A stretch of 64,000 bases of DNA from Blastocatellia bacterium (lineage in GTDB: Bacteria; Acidobacteriota; Blastocatellia; RBC074), in NCBI GenBank assembly GCA_035429885.1, contig DAOMFR010000019.1, positions 67 to 64,066 of the forward strand. Direction: 5' to 3'. The notes below the pieces were generated by a model. That model had not been told where the DNA came from and did not search any database. It was given only the letters and a program-made list of their open reading frames with translations. Below are positions 45,485 through 57,286 of the stretch, one piece after another. The position numbers were made by a program, and so were the translations under genes. Within the stretch, counting starts at the first letter, position 1, and every line of letters starts with the position of its first letter.

Positions 45485-46882
45485 ATGGCTCTGAACACAT
45501 CTCTTCACACGGCGCTGGACGCCGAGATGGATAAAATTCTGGGTTGCATTCACTGCGGTTTGTGTTTGCCAGCCTGCCCCACGTATCAACAAGTCGGCAA
45601 CGAAAACGACAGTCCGCGCGGACGCATTTACCTGATGCGCTCCGTCGCCGAAGGCCGCCTGGATGTGCAAGCGCCAGCCTTCGCTCGTCACATTGACCTA
45701 TGTCTGGGGTGCCGAGCTTGCGAAACGGCTTGCCCCGCTGGCGTGAAATACGGCTATCTGCTGGAACACGCCCGCGAAACCATCAACCACGAGGGTAAGA
45801 AGAACAGCGGTGGTTTTCAGAAGTGGATGCTGAATCTGGCGCTGCGCCACATCTTCCCATATCCGAATCGGTTGAAATCTGTTTTCGCTGTGAGCCGCTT
45901 GATGCGCGACAACGGTTTGATGAAGTGGGCTTATGCCAGTGGCTTGGTTCGCAAAGTGTCGAAGAAAGCCGACTTCGCGTTATCGCTATTGATGACGACA
46001 GCTCCAACTCGGAGAGACGGAGCAATTGCAGGGCAGAGCGTTGGGGAGGCAAAAGCCCCTACCCAACACCTAACACCCAGCACCAAACACCTAAAACCTG
46101 TTTCCGTCTTCACTGGTTGCGTGATGGAAGGATTGTTCAAACACGCCAATGACGCCACCAAGCGCGTGCTGACGGTCAACAATTGCCAAAACATCGAAGT
46201 TGCCAAGCAGGTTTGCTGCGGAGCCCTGCACGCACATTCGGGTGATTTGGAAACGGCGCGCAAACTGGCGCGGCAAAACATTGATGCCTTTGAACGGTTT
46301 TTGACTTCCGATCACAACCCGACGAACCCAGCCACGATCATCATCAATGCCGCTGGCTGCGGTGCCTTGCTGAAAGAATACGGCGACTTGTTGAAAGACG
46401 ATCCTGCCTACGCGGAGCGCGCTGTGAACTTCAGCCGCCACGTCAAAGACGCCACCGAATATCTGGCTGCTGACGAGATCCGCCCCGGAGCCGAAATCAA
46501 AGAAGCTGTGACGATGGACGCGCCCTGCCATTTGTACCACGCCCAGCGAGTAATGACCGCTCCGCAAAAAGTGCTGACTTCGATTCCCGGGGTCGAATAC
46601 CGCCAACTCGAAGGCATGCAGGATTGCTGCGGAGGCGCAGGCATTTACAACCTCAGCGAACCCGAAATGTCCGAAGGCATTCTTTCTGACAAGATCGAAA
46701 AAGTGAAAGCCACCGGCGCAAAGGTTCTGGTGACAGCCAACCCCGGCTGCCACATGCAACTTGGCGCTGGCGCGCGAATGTTCAACGCCGATTGCCAGGT
46801 CGTTCACGTTGTTGAATTGCTGGATGAATCGTACCGGAAGGCAGGCTTTTATCAGCAACCGGACTCAGGCAAACAAGGTTAA
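45485..46882 (+). CDS. glcF: (Fe-S)-binding protein, glycolate oxidase GlcF-like (2x4Fe-4S plus two CCG domains)
   Basis: CIHCGLCLPACP, CLGCRACETACP and CCG motifs (QVCCGA, QDCCGG). Confidence 0.85.
   Translation: MALNTSLHTALDAEMDKILGCIHCGLCLPACPTYQQVGNENDSPRGRIYLMRSVAEGRLDVQAPAFARHIDLCLGCRACETACPAGVKYGYLLEHARETINHEGKKNSGGFQKWMLNLALRHIFPYPNRLKSVFAVSRLMRDNGLMKWAYASGLVRKVSKKADFALSLLMTTAPTRRDGAIAGQSVGEAKAPTQHLTPSTKHLKPVSVFTGCVMEGLFKHANDATKRVLTVNNCQNIEVAKQVCCGALHAHSGDLETARKLARQNIDAFERFLTSDHNPTNPATIIINAAGCGALLKEYGDLLKDDPAYAERAVNFSRHVKDATEYLAADEIRPGAEIKEAVTMDAPCHLYHAQRVMTAPQKVLTSIPGVEYRQLEGMQDCCGGAGIYNLSEPEMSEGILSDKIEKVKATGAKVLVTANPGCHMQLGAGARMFNADCQVVHVVELLDESYRKAGFYQQPDSGKQG
46058..46100. repeat. 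In-frame short tandem repeat (CACC-rich 7-10-bp units) inside glcF
   Basis: cctacccaacacctaacacccagcaccaaacacctaaaacc is translated as PTQHLTPSTKHLKP. It sits in the linker between the ferredoxin part and the first CCG domain. Confidence 0.7.
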
Positions 46883-47048
46883 AACGGCAAAAAAACGATT
46901 TGCCTGCTGGTAATTATTTTTTTTCTGCGTGAGGGAATTTGTGCAGAAATTGCGGTTAATTAAATTGAGGCGGCTCAATCGGGAAAATTGCATAAAGATA
47001 GATTGGGTCGTTTGCAAGTAAAACATTGATCGAGGACCTTGACCTGAA

Positions 47049-48200
47049 ATGCATAACAGGATTCTCGTTGTAGATGACGAACCCGACCTCGAAATTCTGA
47101 TTACCCAACGATTTCGCAAGCGCATTCGCGCCGAAGAACTCAGCTTTCTTTTTGCCAGCAATGGCGAAGAAGCACTCGCCCAATTGCAATCTGATCATCA
47201 TGTTGATGTCGTGTTGACCGACATCAACATGCCTGTGATGGATGGCCTGACACTGTTGTCGCGCTTGCGTGAGGCGCATCCGTTATTGCGTTCGGTGATT
47301 GTCTCAGCGTATGGCGATATGCCGAACATCCGCACGGCGCTCAACCGCGGCGCCTTTGATTTCATCACCAAGCCGATTGATTTTCAGGATTTGGAAATTA
47401 CGCTCGACCGCGCGATTGCCGAATCCATCGAGCGCAAACAAGCGGCGCAAGATCGTGACCGCTTGCTTAAACTCAGCCGCGAACTTGAACTCGCCCGCAA
47501 CATTCAATCGGCGCTTGTCCCGCATACATTCCCGCAACACGAACGCCTGTCGGTGTACGGCTCGATGATTCCGGCGGCGGAAGTCGGCGGCGATCTGTTT
47601 GATTGTTTTCTGCTTGATGACCACCGGCTGGCCTTCACCATCGGCGATGTGTCGGGCAAAGGCATTGCGGCGGCGCTGTTTATGGCCGTCAGCCGCACAG
47701 TTTTGCGCGTAGCTGCCAAGAAAGGCTTGTCACCGCAAGACTGCCTGCTGGAAGCGCACCAGTTTCTGCACGGCGAGCGCCGCGCTACGTCGCATTTCGT
47801 CACCTGTTTTTACGGCATTCTCGATCTGGCGACCGGGCAACTGGAATACAGCCGCGCCGGACACAATCCGCCGTATCTGGTGCGTGGCGATCAGGTGCAA
47901 ACGCTGGATGCGGCGAGCGGATTGCCGCTGGGTATGCTGCGGCGCGTGAACTATGACACGGCGACGGTGCAGCTTGTGGCGGGCGATACGCTGTTGATGT
48001 TTACCGACGGCATCACCGAAGCGATGAATCCTCGCCAGGAAGAATATGGCGAAGATCGGCTGGTGCAATTGCTGAGCGAGCGAGCGTCGTCATTGAGCGT
48101 CGAGGAATTAGTGCAGGCGGTGACGCACGAAGCGACCGCGTTCGCCGAGGGCGCACCGGCTTCGGATGACATGACCGTGCTGGGCGTGCGGTATCTATGA
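47049..48200 (+). CDS. Response regulator receiver fused to a PP2C/SpoIIE phosphatase
   Basis: REC (ILVVDDEPD...VLTDINMPVMDG...KP). PP2C motifs (GGDLFD, IGDVSGKGIAAALFMA, FTDGITEA, DDMTVL). Confidence 0.9.
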   Translation: MHNRILVVDDEPDLEILITQRFRKRIRAEELSFLFASNGEEALAQLQSDHHVDVVLTDINMPVMDGLTLLSRLREAHPLLRSVIVSAYGDMPNIRTALNRGAFDFITKPIDFQDLEITLDRAIAESIERKQAAQDRDRLLKLSRELELARNIQSALVPHTFPQHERLSVYGSMIPAAEVGGDLFDCFLLDDHRLAFTIGDVSGKGIAAALFMAVSRTVLRVAAKKGLSPQDCLLEAHQFLHGERRATSHFVTCFYGILDLATGQLEYSRAGHNPPYLVRGDQVQTLDAASGLPLGMLRRVNYDTATVQLVAGDTLLMFTDGITEAMNPRQEEYGEDRLVQLLSERASSLSVEELVQAVTHEATAFAEGAPASDDMTVLGVRYL

Positions 48201-48201
48201 T

Positions 48202-48306
48202 CTGGGTACGCCCGCGCCCTCGCGGGCTGCCTTCGCCGTAGGGCGTCCGCGTATCCACAAAAAGTCTTTGCCGCACGCCTGCCCGCGAGGGCGCGGGCGC
48301 ACCCAG
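48202..48306. repeat. Long imperfect hairpin (26-nt arms) between a signalling-gene pair
   Basis: CTGGGTACGCCCGCGCCCTCGCGGGC (48202-48227) pairs with GCCCGCGAGGGCGCGGGCGCACCCAG (48281-48306), 25 of 26 complementary. Each arm also contains a CCCGCG/CGCGGG mini-hairpin. Confidence 0.8.
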
Positions 48307-48315
48307 TGAGAAACG

Positions 48316-51300
48316 ATGAGACACACAACCTTTACCATCGCCATCATTCTTTGTCTGTTGTTGCCCGCACAAGGGCAAACGACTCCATCCGCATCAGACC
48401 GCCGCGCTAAAGAAGCGGGGTTGCCTTTTATCTCGTGGTTCAGCGCGCAGGAATATCAAGGCTCGTCGCAGGTGTTCTCGCTCGCGCAAGATGATCGCGG
48501 AGTGCTGTACCTGGGTTATGGCGATGGAATCGGGGAATACGACGGCAACACATGGCGCAGGATTGCAACTCCGCACAACGCCGTGATCAGAGCACTTGCC
48601 AAAGGACAGGATGGCCGGATTTATGCGGGGGAAATTGGAGATTTCGGTTATCTAGCGCCTGACCAACAAGGAACCATGCGATTTGTTTCCTTGCTCGAAT
48701 TTGTCCCGCTGGGTGAACGCGAGTTTCAGAGCATTGAACGAATTCAGGTTACACCGGAAGGAATATATTTTCGTGCCCCGGAACGGCTCTTTCGGGTTAC
48801 TCCAGACGGCAAAGGCTGGCGTGTCAAAAGCTGGAAGTCGAAGACACCAATGAATTTTTCGGCGTATGCCTTTGACACTTTGTATGTCAACATTTCAGGT
48901 GTTGGGTTGCATCGCCTGACGGGCGACAACCTTGAACCGCTGGCTTTGCCAGGGCTGAAAAATCATAACGAGTTGCGTCTGATGTTTATGTTGCCGTTCC
49001 CGGATGGGCAAAACGGCAAACCTCGACAGCTTTTGCTCGGATATCGGACTGGAGAGCTTTTCGTGATGGACGAAAGCGGAGTGCGCCCGTTTGTCACTGA
49101 GGCTACGCCATTGTTGAAAAAGCTGCTGCTCACGAATGCAATCAGACTGAAGGATGGCTCATTCGGGCTAGGAACGTTAACCGGGGGCTTTTTCATTCTG
49201 GAACCGAGTGGAAAGGTGCGACGCTATCTGGATCGCGCGGCGGGCATTCAATCAGAAGGTGTGCTGTCGGCGCTGGAAGATCAGGCCGGAACCGTCTGGT
49301 TGGGGTTGCAAAGTGGACTGGCCAAAGTCGAACTCGCTTCGCCATTGACTGAGTTTGGACGCGCGACCGGGTTTTCAGGTTCTGTAGTGGGCATCGCCCG
49401 ATATCGCGGAGATTTGTATGTGACGACGATTACGGGCGGGTTATGGCGGTTGGATATCGCAACCGGTAAATTTCAACAAGTGCCGGGTTATCCTTTTCAG
49501 GAAGTGCTGGGCTTGTTGCAATTCAAGGATAGCTTGCTAACGGCTGGGGCGGGTGACGGGATTATTGAATTAAGAGGCAATCGAATCCAGCCGATCCCCT
49601 TAAGCAAAAGCACCGGTAAAAACTTTCTTTTCGCGGCACCCTCTCGATACGACCCTAACCGGGTTTGGACTGGTGGTAACACGGGCTTTTTTTCGCTGCG
49701 TTGGGCTGGTGAAGGGCGTTGGGTGGATGAAGGCCTGGTGGCGAAACTCTCTGCCGTTCCGCGCTCTATTGTTGAACCAGAACCGGGAACGATCTGGGTT
49801 GGCACCGAATCGCAAGGCGTTGTGCGCATTCGTTTGCAAGGCAATTCATTCGCCAACCCAAAGGTCGAATATTTTGGCCAGGCGCAGGGCTTGGCAGATG
49901 ACGGCGGCGTCAGTGTGCATTTGATTGACGGGCACATCCTGTTTGCTTCGCCCAGAGGGTTGCGAGAGTTTGATGAAGCCAGCGGGCGTTTTGTCGAATC
50001 GAAGCTCTTTGGCGCGATTCCGAGAGGTGGATTGCCGGAAGAATATAACGTCAGCACGACGCCACAGGGCGACATCTGGGTGAATTTCGGCGTGCGGCCT
50101 ATGCTGTTGCGGCGGCAAAGCGATGGCACTTACAAGATCGAAGAAAACCTGCTGGGACGCATCAGCAATGGTTTGGTTGTTTGGATTCACGCCGACCCGG
50201 ATGGAGTGTTGTGGATGGGAGGAACCGACAAGATTTACCGATACGACCCGGCTAAGGCCTCGAATCGTACGGTCGCCGTTCCAGCGCTGGTGCGGCGTGT
50301 GACGGCGGGCGAGCAGGGCAATCTGTTGCTCTATGCCGGAAGCGGCAATGCGACAGACAGGCTGCCCACCAGCTTGGCCTTTCGCGACAATTCGTTACGG
50401 TTTGAATATGCCGCCTCCAGTCTGGAAGACCCTGAACTCAATCAATTTCGCTCGATGCTGGAAGGGTTTGACCACGACTGGTCAAGCTGGACGCGCGAGA
50501 CGAAACGCGATTACACCAACCTGCCGCCCGGCACGTATCGCTTTCGCGTGAAGGCCAAAAATGCGTTAGGACAGGAAAGCCCCGAAGCCGAATACTCGCT
50601 GACAATTTTGCCGCCGTGGTATCGCACGTGGTGGGCGTACGGCGCTTATGCGTTTTTGCTGGCAGGGCTTGGATTCGCTGTCAGCCGCGTTCAACGGCGG
50701 CGCGTCGTCACCCGTGAGCGCGAAAAATCCGCGTTGCGCGAAGCCCAGTTGCGCGCTGAAACTGCTGCCGCGCAAGCCAAAACGCTGGAAGCCGAAGCCA
50801 AAACGCTGGCCGCTGAAAACGAACGCAACAAGAACGTCGAATTGCTCAGCGAAATCGGCAAAGACCTGACCTCTTCGCTTGATCTGGACACGATCTTTTT
50901 TCGCCTTTACGAACACGTCAATCAGTTGATGGACGCGACAATCTTTGGCGTCGGCTTGTACCATCCCGAACGCCACGAAATTGATTACAGGCTGGCGATG
51001 GAAAACGGCAAACGTTACGCGCCCTACACCCGCGACACACGCGACCGCTATCAGTTTCCGGTCTGGTGCATTGAGCATCGTCAGCCGGTCTTTCTCAATG
51101 ACGTGGCGAAGGAATATACCAAGTACATTGAGAAGTACGGCGAGACGTACCAAAAATTGGAAGACGGCGCGACGGCGACCGCGCCCGCTTCGATGATGTA
51201 CCTGCCGCTGATGATGAAAGACCGCGTGCTGGGCGTTATCACGGTGCAAAGTTTCAAGACGAACGCTTACACCGATTACCACCTTGATCTGCTGGAAAAC

Positions 51301-52170
51301 CTCGCGGCTTATACCTCGATTGCGCTCGACAACGCCGATGCTTACCACCACCTCAAGGCGACACAAGACCAGTTAGTGGTGCAGGAAAAACTGGCTTCGC
51401 TCGGCGCCTTGACCGCAGGCATCGCGCACGAGATCAAGAATCCGCTGAATTTCGTCAACAACTTCGCCGACCTGTCGGTCGAATTGATGGACGAATTGCG
51501 CGAAGACATCACCAAACACAAAGCCGCGATTCCGGACAAAGATTTCGAGAATATCGAAGACCTGCTCGATGATCTGACAGCCAATGCCAAAAAGATCAAC
51601 GAACACGGCAGGCGCGCCGACGGCATTGTGCGCAGCATGCTGCTGCATTCGCGCGGACAGGCGGGGGAACGCCAACCGACGGACATCAACGCGATGCTGG
51701 AAGAGTATGTGAACCTGACGTATCACGGCATGCGCGCGCAGGATTCCAGCTTCAACGTCACCATCGAACGCGCACTGGCAAACGATGCCGGTTCGGTCGA
51801 AGCGATTCCGCAAGACCTGAGCCGCGTGTTTCTGAATCTGCTGAACAACGCTTGTTATGCCGTGAATGATAAGGCCAAACGCAACGGCGCGGGCTTTGTG
51901 CCGAAGCTGCGCGTCGAATCACGCAATCTCGGTGATGCGGTGGAAGTGCGCATTCGCGACAACGGCATGGGCATTCCGCCCGAAGTGCGCGAGAAAATTT
52001 TCAACCCGTTTTTCACGACGAAGCCGACGGGGCAGGGCACAGGGCTTGGCCTTTCAATCAGTCACGACATCGTCGTGCAACAACACGGCGGGCAACTCGA
52101 AGTGGAAACCGAGCCGGGCGAATACACCGAATTTATCGTGCGCTTGCCGCGCAATGGGAGGAACACGTAA
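48316..52170 (+). CDS. Sensor histidine kinase: periplasmic beta-propeller repeats, Y_Y_Y, TM, GAF, HisKA, HATPase_c
   Basis: Signal peptide and a repeated propeller-type sensor region. Y_Y_Y/TM junction (YRFRVKAKN...[15 protein letters not shown]). H-box [13 protein letters not shown]-box LLNNACYA, G-boxes DNGMGIP and GQGTGLGLS. Confidence 0.9.
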   Translation: MRHTTFTIAIILCLLLPAQGQTTPSASDRRAKEAGLPFISWFSAQEYQGSSQVFSLAQDDRGVLYLGYGDGIGEYDGNTWRRIATPHNAVIRALAKGQDGRIYAGEIGDFGYLAPDQQGTMRFVSLLEFVPLGEREFQSIERIQVTPEGIYFRAPERLFRVTPDGKGWRVKSWKSKTPMNFSAYAFDTLYVNISGVGLHRLTGDNLEPLALPGLKNHNELRLMFMLPFPDGQNGKPRQLLLGYRTGELFVMDESGVRPFVTEATPLLKKLLLTNAIRLKDGSFGLGTLTGGFFILEPSGKVRRYLDRAAGIQSEGVLSALEDQAGTVWLGLQSGLAKVELASPLTEFGRATGFSGSVVGIARYRGDLYVTTITGGLWRLDIATGKFQQVPGYPFQEVLGLLQFKDSLLTAGAGDGIIELRGNRIQPIPLSKSTGKNFLFAAPSRYDPNRVWTGGNTGFFSLRWAGEGRWVDEGLVAKLSAVPRSIVEPEPGTIWVGTESQGVVRIRLQGNSFANPKVEYFGQAQGLADDGGVSVHLIDGHILFASPRGLREFDEASGRFVESKLFGAIPRGGLPEEYNVSTTPQGDIWVNFGVRPMLLRRQSDGTYKIEENLLGRISNGLVVWIHADPDGVLWMGGTDKIYRYDPAKASNRTVAVPALVRRVTAGEQGNLLLYAGSGNATDRLPTSLAFRDNSLRFEYAASSLEDPELNQFRSMLEGFDHDWSSWTRETKRDYTNLPPGTYRFRVKAKNALGQESPEAEYSLTILPPWYRTWWAYGAYAFLLAGLGFAVSRVQRRRVVTREREKSALREAQLRAETAAAQAKTLEAEAKTLAAENERNKNVELLSEIGKDLTSSLDLDTIFFRLYEHVNQLMDATIFGVGLYHPERHEIDYRLAMENGKRYAPYTRDTRDRYQFPVWCIEHRQPVFLNDVAKEYTKYIEKYGETYQKLEDGATATAPASMMYLPLMMKDRVLGVITVQSFKTNAYTDYHLDLLENLAAYTSIALDNADAYHHLKATQDQLVVQEKLASLGALTAGIAHEIKNPLNFVNNFADLSVELMDELREDITKHKAAIPDKDFENIEDLLDDLTANAKKINEHGRRADGIVRSMLLHSRGQAGERQPTDINAMLEEYVNLTYHGMRAQDSSFNVTIERALANDAGSVEAIPQDLSRVFLNLLNNACYAVNDKAKRNGAGFVPKLRVESRNLGDAVEVRIRDNGMGIPPEVREKIFNPFFTTKPTGQGTGLGLSISHDIVVQQHGGQLEVETEPGEYTEFIVRLPRNGRNT

Positions 52171-52532
52171 TGAAAGTGATGGTCGTAGACGACGAAGCCG
52201 ATGTCCGAACGCTGTTTGAGCAACGCTTTCGCCGCGAAGTGCGCGACGGCAAGATCGATTTTTGCTTTGCGCTTTCTGGCGAAGAAGCCTTGTCTTTGCT
52301 GGAACACCGTGTCAGCGAGGTTTCCCTGATTCTTTCGGACATCAATATGCCGGGGATGAACGGCCTGGATTTGCTCAAAGCCATCAAGGAAAAACATCGG
52401 CATTTGAAGGTGTATCTGATCACGGCGTATGGCAGCGCGGAATATCAGCAACTGGCGTTGACCTATGGTTGCGATGATTACTTTACCAAACCGCTGGATT
52501 TCGGCGTGCTCAAGGAAAAGCTGCAAGTCTGA
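52170..52532 (+). CDS. Single-domain response regulator (receiver only)
   Basis: The start overlaps the upstream stop by 1 nt (TAATG). VMVVDDEADV...LSDINMPGMNG...TKP. Confidence 0.9.
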   Translation: MKVMVVDDEADVRTLFEQRFRREVRDGKIDFCFALSGEEALSLLEHRVSEVSLILSDINMPGMNGLDLLKAIKEKHRHLKVYLITAYGSAEYQQLALTYGCDDYFTKPLDFGVLKEKLQV

Positions 52533-52589
52533 ATCCCGCAAGCGATGATTCTGCGCTCTCTAAGCGGCACTCAATAGTTGAGGAACGAG

Positions 52590-55500
52590 ATGAAGAAAAC
52601 GCAAACACCGACTGTAATTAACCAAACAATACCGAAGGACAGTAGCGGCAATTTCCTTGCTGGCGTGCTGAAATCTGTTCCTGTTCGGTTGCCGGTTACC
52701 TTTGGGCGCAACCTGCTGCCGTTCACGATTGTTTTCCTGCTTTTGTTGTCGGCGCAGGCGCAAACGCCAGACCGCAAACGCGGCGAAGAAGGGCTGCCAT
52801 TTGTCACATGGTACAGCCCGGAAACCTATCAGGGATCGTCGCAGGTATTTGCGGTAGAGCAGGATGACCGTGGACTGATTTACTTGGGAACCAACGCCGG
52901 AGTTCGGGAATACGATGGCAGTTCGTGGCGAACGATTCAGACGCCGCACAATGGCATTGTGCGCGGGCTGGCCAAGGGCACAGACGGACGCATTTATGTC
53001 GGAGAAGTCGGCGATTTTGGTTACTTGCAACCCGATGCGCATGGCACGATGCACTATGTCTCGTTGCTGGAAATGGTGCCGCCAGAGGATCGAAATTTTC
53101 AGGATGTAACCCGCGTGATCATTACCCCGGAAGGCATTTATTTTCAGCCGCGTGAAATTCTTATGCGCCTGACACGAGAGGGCAATGGGTGGCGCTATAA
53201 ATCATGGAAGCCCACACAGGCATTTTCACAGCCTTACTATGTTTACGGCACACTTTATGTGCGAACGTCAGAGGGCGGGATATATCGAATGGCAGGCGAT
53301 GTCTTGCAACCGCTGACGCTGCGCGGGCCATTCATTCAGGCGAATAACAGATTGACCTTGATGTTGCCTTATTCGGACAAGACGGGAGAGATATTGCTGG
53401 GAACCCGCACCGGTGACCTATTTGTGTTGGATGGTGAGTCCCTGCGCCCTTTTGTGTCTGAGGCCGCGTCGCTGTTACACCAATTGGGCATGATTCGCGC
53501 GGCAGTTTTGCGTGACGGCGCGTATGGCATCGTCACTGCGACAGGCGGATTGGTGATTCTTGAGCGCAACGGCAAGATGCGGCGCTATCTGGATCGCTCG
53601 GCGGGAATTCTCTCGGATGGCGGGCATTACATTCTCGTAGATCGCGTTGGAACCGTCTGGTTGGCTTTACAAAACGGTGTCGCCAAAGTTGAAACGACGT
53701 CTCCCTTAACTGAATTCTCACGCGCGATGGGGATGTCAGGGTCTGTCACTGAAATTGTGCGCTATCGTGGAGAGTTATTCGTTGCCACTACCAATGGCTT
53801 GCAACGACTCGATGCCTCCACCAGACAATTCCAACGAGTCGCAGAGGTTAAAGACCCCGAAAATTTTGGGTTGCTGGTACACGGGGATACTTTGCTGGTG
53901 GCTACGGCTGCGGAAGGAATATACCAGTTTAACGACAAGCGCCTGACGGGATTGTTTCGGTTTCCCAAGCCGTCTACTTCTGCTTACTCAATGTCCCCAT
54001 CTCTGCAGGATGCGAATCGGGTCTGGGTTTGCACCTCTGAAGGCTTGGCCGCCATTCGGAAAGATACTGCGGGTCGCTGGGTCTATGAGGGATTGATCGA
54101 AAATCTTCCGGTTCTTCGCTCCCTCGTTGAACCGGAACCCGGCGTATTATGGATTGGCACCGAAGCCAGAGGCGTTTTGCGCATTCGTTTGCAGGGCAAT
54201 TCGCTGCTTAATCCCAAAATAGAATCTTTCACTTCAGCCAACGGATTGCCTGATGACAGTGGTGTCAGCGTCCATAAAGCTGCTGGGCGCATCATCTTTG
54301 CCAACCGTGCAGGAGCGCGCGAATTTGACGAATCGAGCGGGCGGTTTGTGGAATCGAAACTCTTTGGCGCGGTTCCGACAGGCGGATCGTCTGAAGAGTA
54401 CACCGTGCGGACGAATTCCAAAGGCGACATCTGGGTCAATTTCGGTGCGCGCCCTGTGTTAATGCGGCGACAAGGCGATGGTTCGTACCAAATGGACAAC
54501 CGTTTGTTGGGACGCATCAACAATGGACAGGTTTCCTGGTTGCACGTGGACGCAGACGATGTGTTGTGGATGGGCGGGTTGGATCGGGTGATCCGTTACG
54601 ATCCGGCTTTGGCGGCGAGCAACGCAACGACAGTGCCGACGTTGGTGCGGAGCGTTGCGGCAGGTGAATCTGCGACGCTACTTTATGGTGGCGGTGGCGG
54701 CGAATTGGCCATCCGGATGAACTCTCCGCTGGCTTATGCGAACAATACGTTACGGTTTGAGTATGCCGTCGCCAGTTTGGAAGACCCCGCGCGCAATCAA
54801 TATCAAACCATGCTGGAAGGCTTTGACCACGATTGGTCAGTCTGGACGCGCGAAACGCGGCGCGAATACACAAATCTGCCGCCAGGGACTTATCGTTTTC
54901 GCGTAAAGTCGCTTAATGCATTGGGGCAATCGGGGGCTGAAGCCGAATACCGATTGACGATTTTGCCGCCGTGGTATCGCACGTGGTGGGCGTATGGCGC
55001 TTATGTCCTGATGCTGGGCTTGGCGGCGTTTGGTTCGCGGCATTGGATGCTCAAGCACGAACGCGAAAAGGCGCAACGGCAAAAGGCAGAACTGGAAGCC
55101 ACTGTTGCGGCGCGCACGCAGGAAATCAGCGCCCGTGCCGCCGAACTCACCACCGTCAATCACATCACACAGGCGCTCGCCACTCAGCTCGACAAAGACG
55201 CCTTGATAGAACTGGTCGGGGAACAGGTGCGCGAAGTGTTTCATGCTTCGATTGCCTATGTTGCCTTGCTCAATCGAGCAACGATGATGATCGAATTCCC
55301 TTACCTGCACGGCGAAGACCTCGAACCGATTCCGTATGGAGAAGGCATGACTTCGCAGATTATTCGCACCGGGCAACCGCTGCTGATCAATCGCAACTTC
55401 GGCAGCAGCCGCGAAGAAATGGGCGTGCGGTTGATTGGCCGCCAGCCCGCGTCTTTCCTGGGCGTGCCGATTCGCGCAGGCGGGGAAGTCGTTGGCGTGC

Positions 55501-57146
55501 TCAGCGTGCAGGCGATGGAAGAAGAAGGCCGCTTTACCGAAGCCGATCAACGGTTGCTGGCGACGATTGCCACGGCGGTCGGCGTCACGCTGCACAATGC
55601 AAACCTGTATGAAACGGCGCGCGTGGCCCGCGTTGCCGCGGAAGAAGCCGATGAAGCCAAGAGCATCTTTCTGGCCAATATGAGCCACGAATTGCGCACG
55701 CCGCTCAATGCCGTCATTGGATACAGCGAGATGTTGCAGGAAGAAGCCGAGGACCTGGGACAGGATGAGTTCATTCCTGATCTGCAAAAAATCAATGCCG
55801 CCGGGCGTCACCTGCTCGAATTGATTAACAGCATTTTGGATCTTTCGAAGATCGAAGCCGGCAAGATGGAGCTTTACCTGGAATCGTTTGAGGTGAAGAC
55901 CTTGATTGATGATGTAGCGGCGGTGATTCAACCGCTGGTCGGGCGCAAAGGCAATCAACTGACGATTCATTGTCAGCCGGAGGTCGGCACGATGCGCGCC
56001 GACCTGACCAAAATCCGCCAATCGCTGTTCAATCTATTGTCGAATGCGTCGAAATTTACGGAAGCTGGCTCCATCACACTGGATGTCGCGCGCCGCGACA
56101 ACCGGGTGATCTTTCGCGTCAGCGACACCGGCATCGGCATGACCGAAGCGCAGATCGGCAAGTTGTTTCAGCCCTTCATGCAGGCTGATGTTTCGACCAC
56201 AAGGCAATACGGCGGCACGGGCTTGGGGCTGACTATCACCAAAAAATTCTGCGAAATGATGGGTGGCGAAATCCACGTCGAAAGCCAGCCGGGATGCGGT
56301 TCAGTCTTCACCATCGAATTGCCCGCGCAAATGGGCGACGCCAAAGCCGGCAGCGAACGGAGCACTGCGCAACTTGGTATTGCTCCCAATGCGCCATTGA
56401 TTTTGGTGATTGACGATGACCCGGCGGTGCAGGAATTGATGCAGCGTTTCTTAAACCGCGAAGGGTTTCGCGTCGCCAACGCGCTCAACGGACAGGAAGG
56501 ATTGCGCCTTGCTCAGGAATTGCAACCCGCTGCGATTACGCTGGACGTGATGATGCCGGGAATGGACGGATGGGCTGTGCTGTCTGCGCTTAAAGCCAAT
56601 TCGGCCACGCACGATTTGCCGGTGATTATGCTGACGATTGTGGACGACCGAAACCTCGGCTATGCGCTGGGCGCGGCGGAATATTTGAACAAACCGGTTG
56701 ACCGCGAACGTTTGCTGACCTTGCTGAAAAAGTATCGTCCCGAAACTCACACCGGTTCAGTGTTGATTGTCGAAGACGAACCCGCGACCCGCGAAATGTT
56801 GCGGCGCATGCTGGAACAGGAAGGCTGGGAAGTCGCCGAAGCCGAAAACGGGCGCGCAGGGCTGACGCAGTTGGCAGTACTAACGCCGCATCTGATCCTG
56901 CTGGATTTGATGATGCCCGAAGTGGACGGCTTTACCTTTGTTGAGGAACTCAACCAGAACCCGCAATGGCGCGGCATCCCGATTGTCGTCATCACGGCAA
57001 AGGACGTAACGGTCGAAGATCGGCTGCGTCTGAATGGATACGTTGAGAAGATTCTGGAAAAAGGCGCCTACAAACGCGAAGAGCTTTTGCGCGAAGTGCG
57101 CGATCTGGTGGCGGCGTGCGTGCGCGAAACGAATGCGATCAGTTAG
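52590..57146 (+). CDS. Hybrid sensor histidine kinase: propeller repeats, Y_Y_Y, TM, GAF, HisKA, HATPase_c, 2x REC
   Basis: ATG at 52590 after GAGGA (the ORF track starts at TTG 52578). The sensor region is a paralogue of the 48316 kinase. H-box [13 protein letters not shown]-boxes DTGIGM and GGTGLGLT. Receivers ILVIDDD...[10 protein letters not shown] and VLIVEDE...[10 protein letters not shown]. Confidence 0.9.
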   Translation: MKKTQTPTVINQTIPKDSSGNFLAGVLKSVPVRLPVTFGRNLLPFTIVFLLLLSAQAQTPDRKRGEEGLPFVTWYSPETYQGSSQVFAVEQDDRGLIYLGTNAGVREYDGSSWRTIQTPHNGIVRGLAKGTDGRIYVGEVGDFGYLQPDAHGTMHYVSLLEMVPPEDRNFQDVTRVIITPEGIYFQPREILMRLTREGNGWRYKSWKPTQAFSQPYYVYGTLYVRTSEGGIYRMAGDVLQPLTLRGPFIQANNRLTLMLPYSDKTGEILLGTRTGDLFVLDGESLRPFVSEAASLLHQLGMIRAAVLRDGAYGIVTATGGLVILERNGKMRRYLDRSAGILSDGGHYILVDRVGTVWLALQNGVAKVETTSPLTEFSRAMGMSGSVTEIVRYRGELFVATTNGLQRLDASTRQFQRVAEVKDPENFGLLVHGDTLLVATAAEGIYQFNDKRLTGLFRFPKPSTSAYSMSPSLQDANRVWVCTSEGLAAIRKDTAGRWVYEGLIENLPVLRSLVEPEPGVLWIGTEARGVLRIRLQGNSLLNPKIESFTSANGLPDDSGVSVHKAAGRIIFANRAGAREFDESSGRFVESKLFGAVPTGGSSEEYTVRTNSKGDIWVNFGARPVLMRRQGDGSYQMDNRLLGRINNGQVSWLHVDADDVLWMGGLDRVIRYDPALAASNATTVPTLVRSVAAGESATLLYGGGGGELAIRMNSPLAYANNTLRFEYAVASLEDPARNQYQTMLEGFDHDWSVWTRETRREYTNLPPGTYRFRVKSLNALGQSGAEAEYRLTILPPWYRTWWAYGAYVLMLGLAAFGSRHWMLKHEREKAQRQKAELEATVAARTQEISARAAELTTVNHITQALATQLDKDALIELVGEQVREVFHASIAYVALLNRATMMIEFPYLHGEDLEPIPYGEGMTSQIIRTGQPLLINRNFGSSREEMGVRLIGRQPASFLGVPIRAGGEVVGVLSVQAMEEEGRFTEADQRLLATIATAVGVTLHNANLYETARVARVAAEEADEAKSIFLANMSHELRTPLNAVIGYSEMLQEEAEDLGQDEFIPDLQKINAAGRHLLELINSILDLSKIEAGKMELYLESFEVKTLIDDVAAVIQPLVGRKGNQLTIHCQPEVGTMRADLTKIRQSLFNLLSNASKFTEAGSITLDVARRDNRVIFRVSDTGIGMTEAQIGKLFQPFMQADVSTTRQYGGTGLGLTITKKFCEMMGGEIHVESQPGCGSVFTIELPAQMGDAKAGSERSTAQLGIAPNAPLILVIDDDPAVQELMQRFLNREGFRVANALNGQEGLRLAQELQPAAITLDVMMPGMDGWAVLSALKANSATHDLPVIMLTIVDDRNLGYALGAAEYLNKPVDRERLLTLLKKYRPETHTGSVLIVEDEPATREMLRRMLEQEGWEVAEAENGRAGLTQLAVLTPHLILLDLMMPEVDGFTFVEELNQNPQWRGIPIVVITAKDVTVEDRLRLNGYVEKILEKGAYKREELLREVRDLVAACVRETNAIS

Positions 57147-57153
57147 AGGACGA

Positions 57154-57261
57154 GTGTGTCAGTAGCTCGCGCGTAAGCAAGGGCTGCACTGGCAGTGCGT
57201 ACCTCGTCTCCATCGGGCGCATTGCCGAGGCAGCCCTCCCTCACGATCGGGCTACTGACAC
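57154..57261. repeat. Nested imperfect hairpin element between the hybrid kinase and the next regulator
   Basis: TGTGTCAGTAGC (57154-57165) pairs with GCTACTGACACA (57250-57261). Inner AGGGCTGC (57179-57186) pairs with GCAGCCCT (57229-57236). Palindrome GCACTGGCAGTGC at 57185-57197. Confidence 0.7.
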
Positions 57262-57286
57262 AGTATTAACCGATAGGAAAACCATT

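Noticed and set aside
46883-46925. A possible terminator after glcF (GGCAAA-loop-TTTGCC followed by a T9 run)
   Set aside because: The stem is only 6 bp and AT-rich, and the T-run begins about 12 nt after it. It is too weak to call.
54837-56021. A 394-aa minus-strand ORF inside the hybrid kinase gene, with similar ORFs at 50566-51366, 60567-61391, 61416-62486, 31421-32317, 46091-46858 and 29561-30424
   Set aside because: All are antisense or out-of-frame shadows of genes with clear family motifs. None has a plausible start context.
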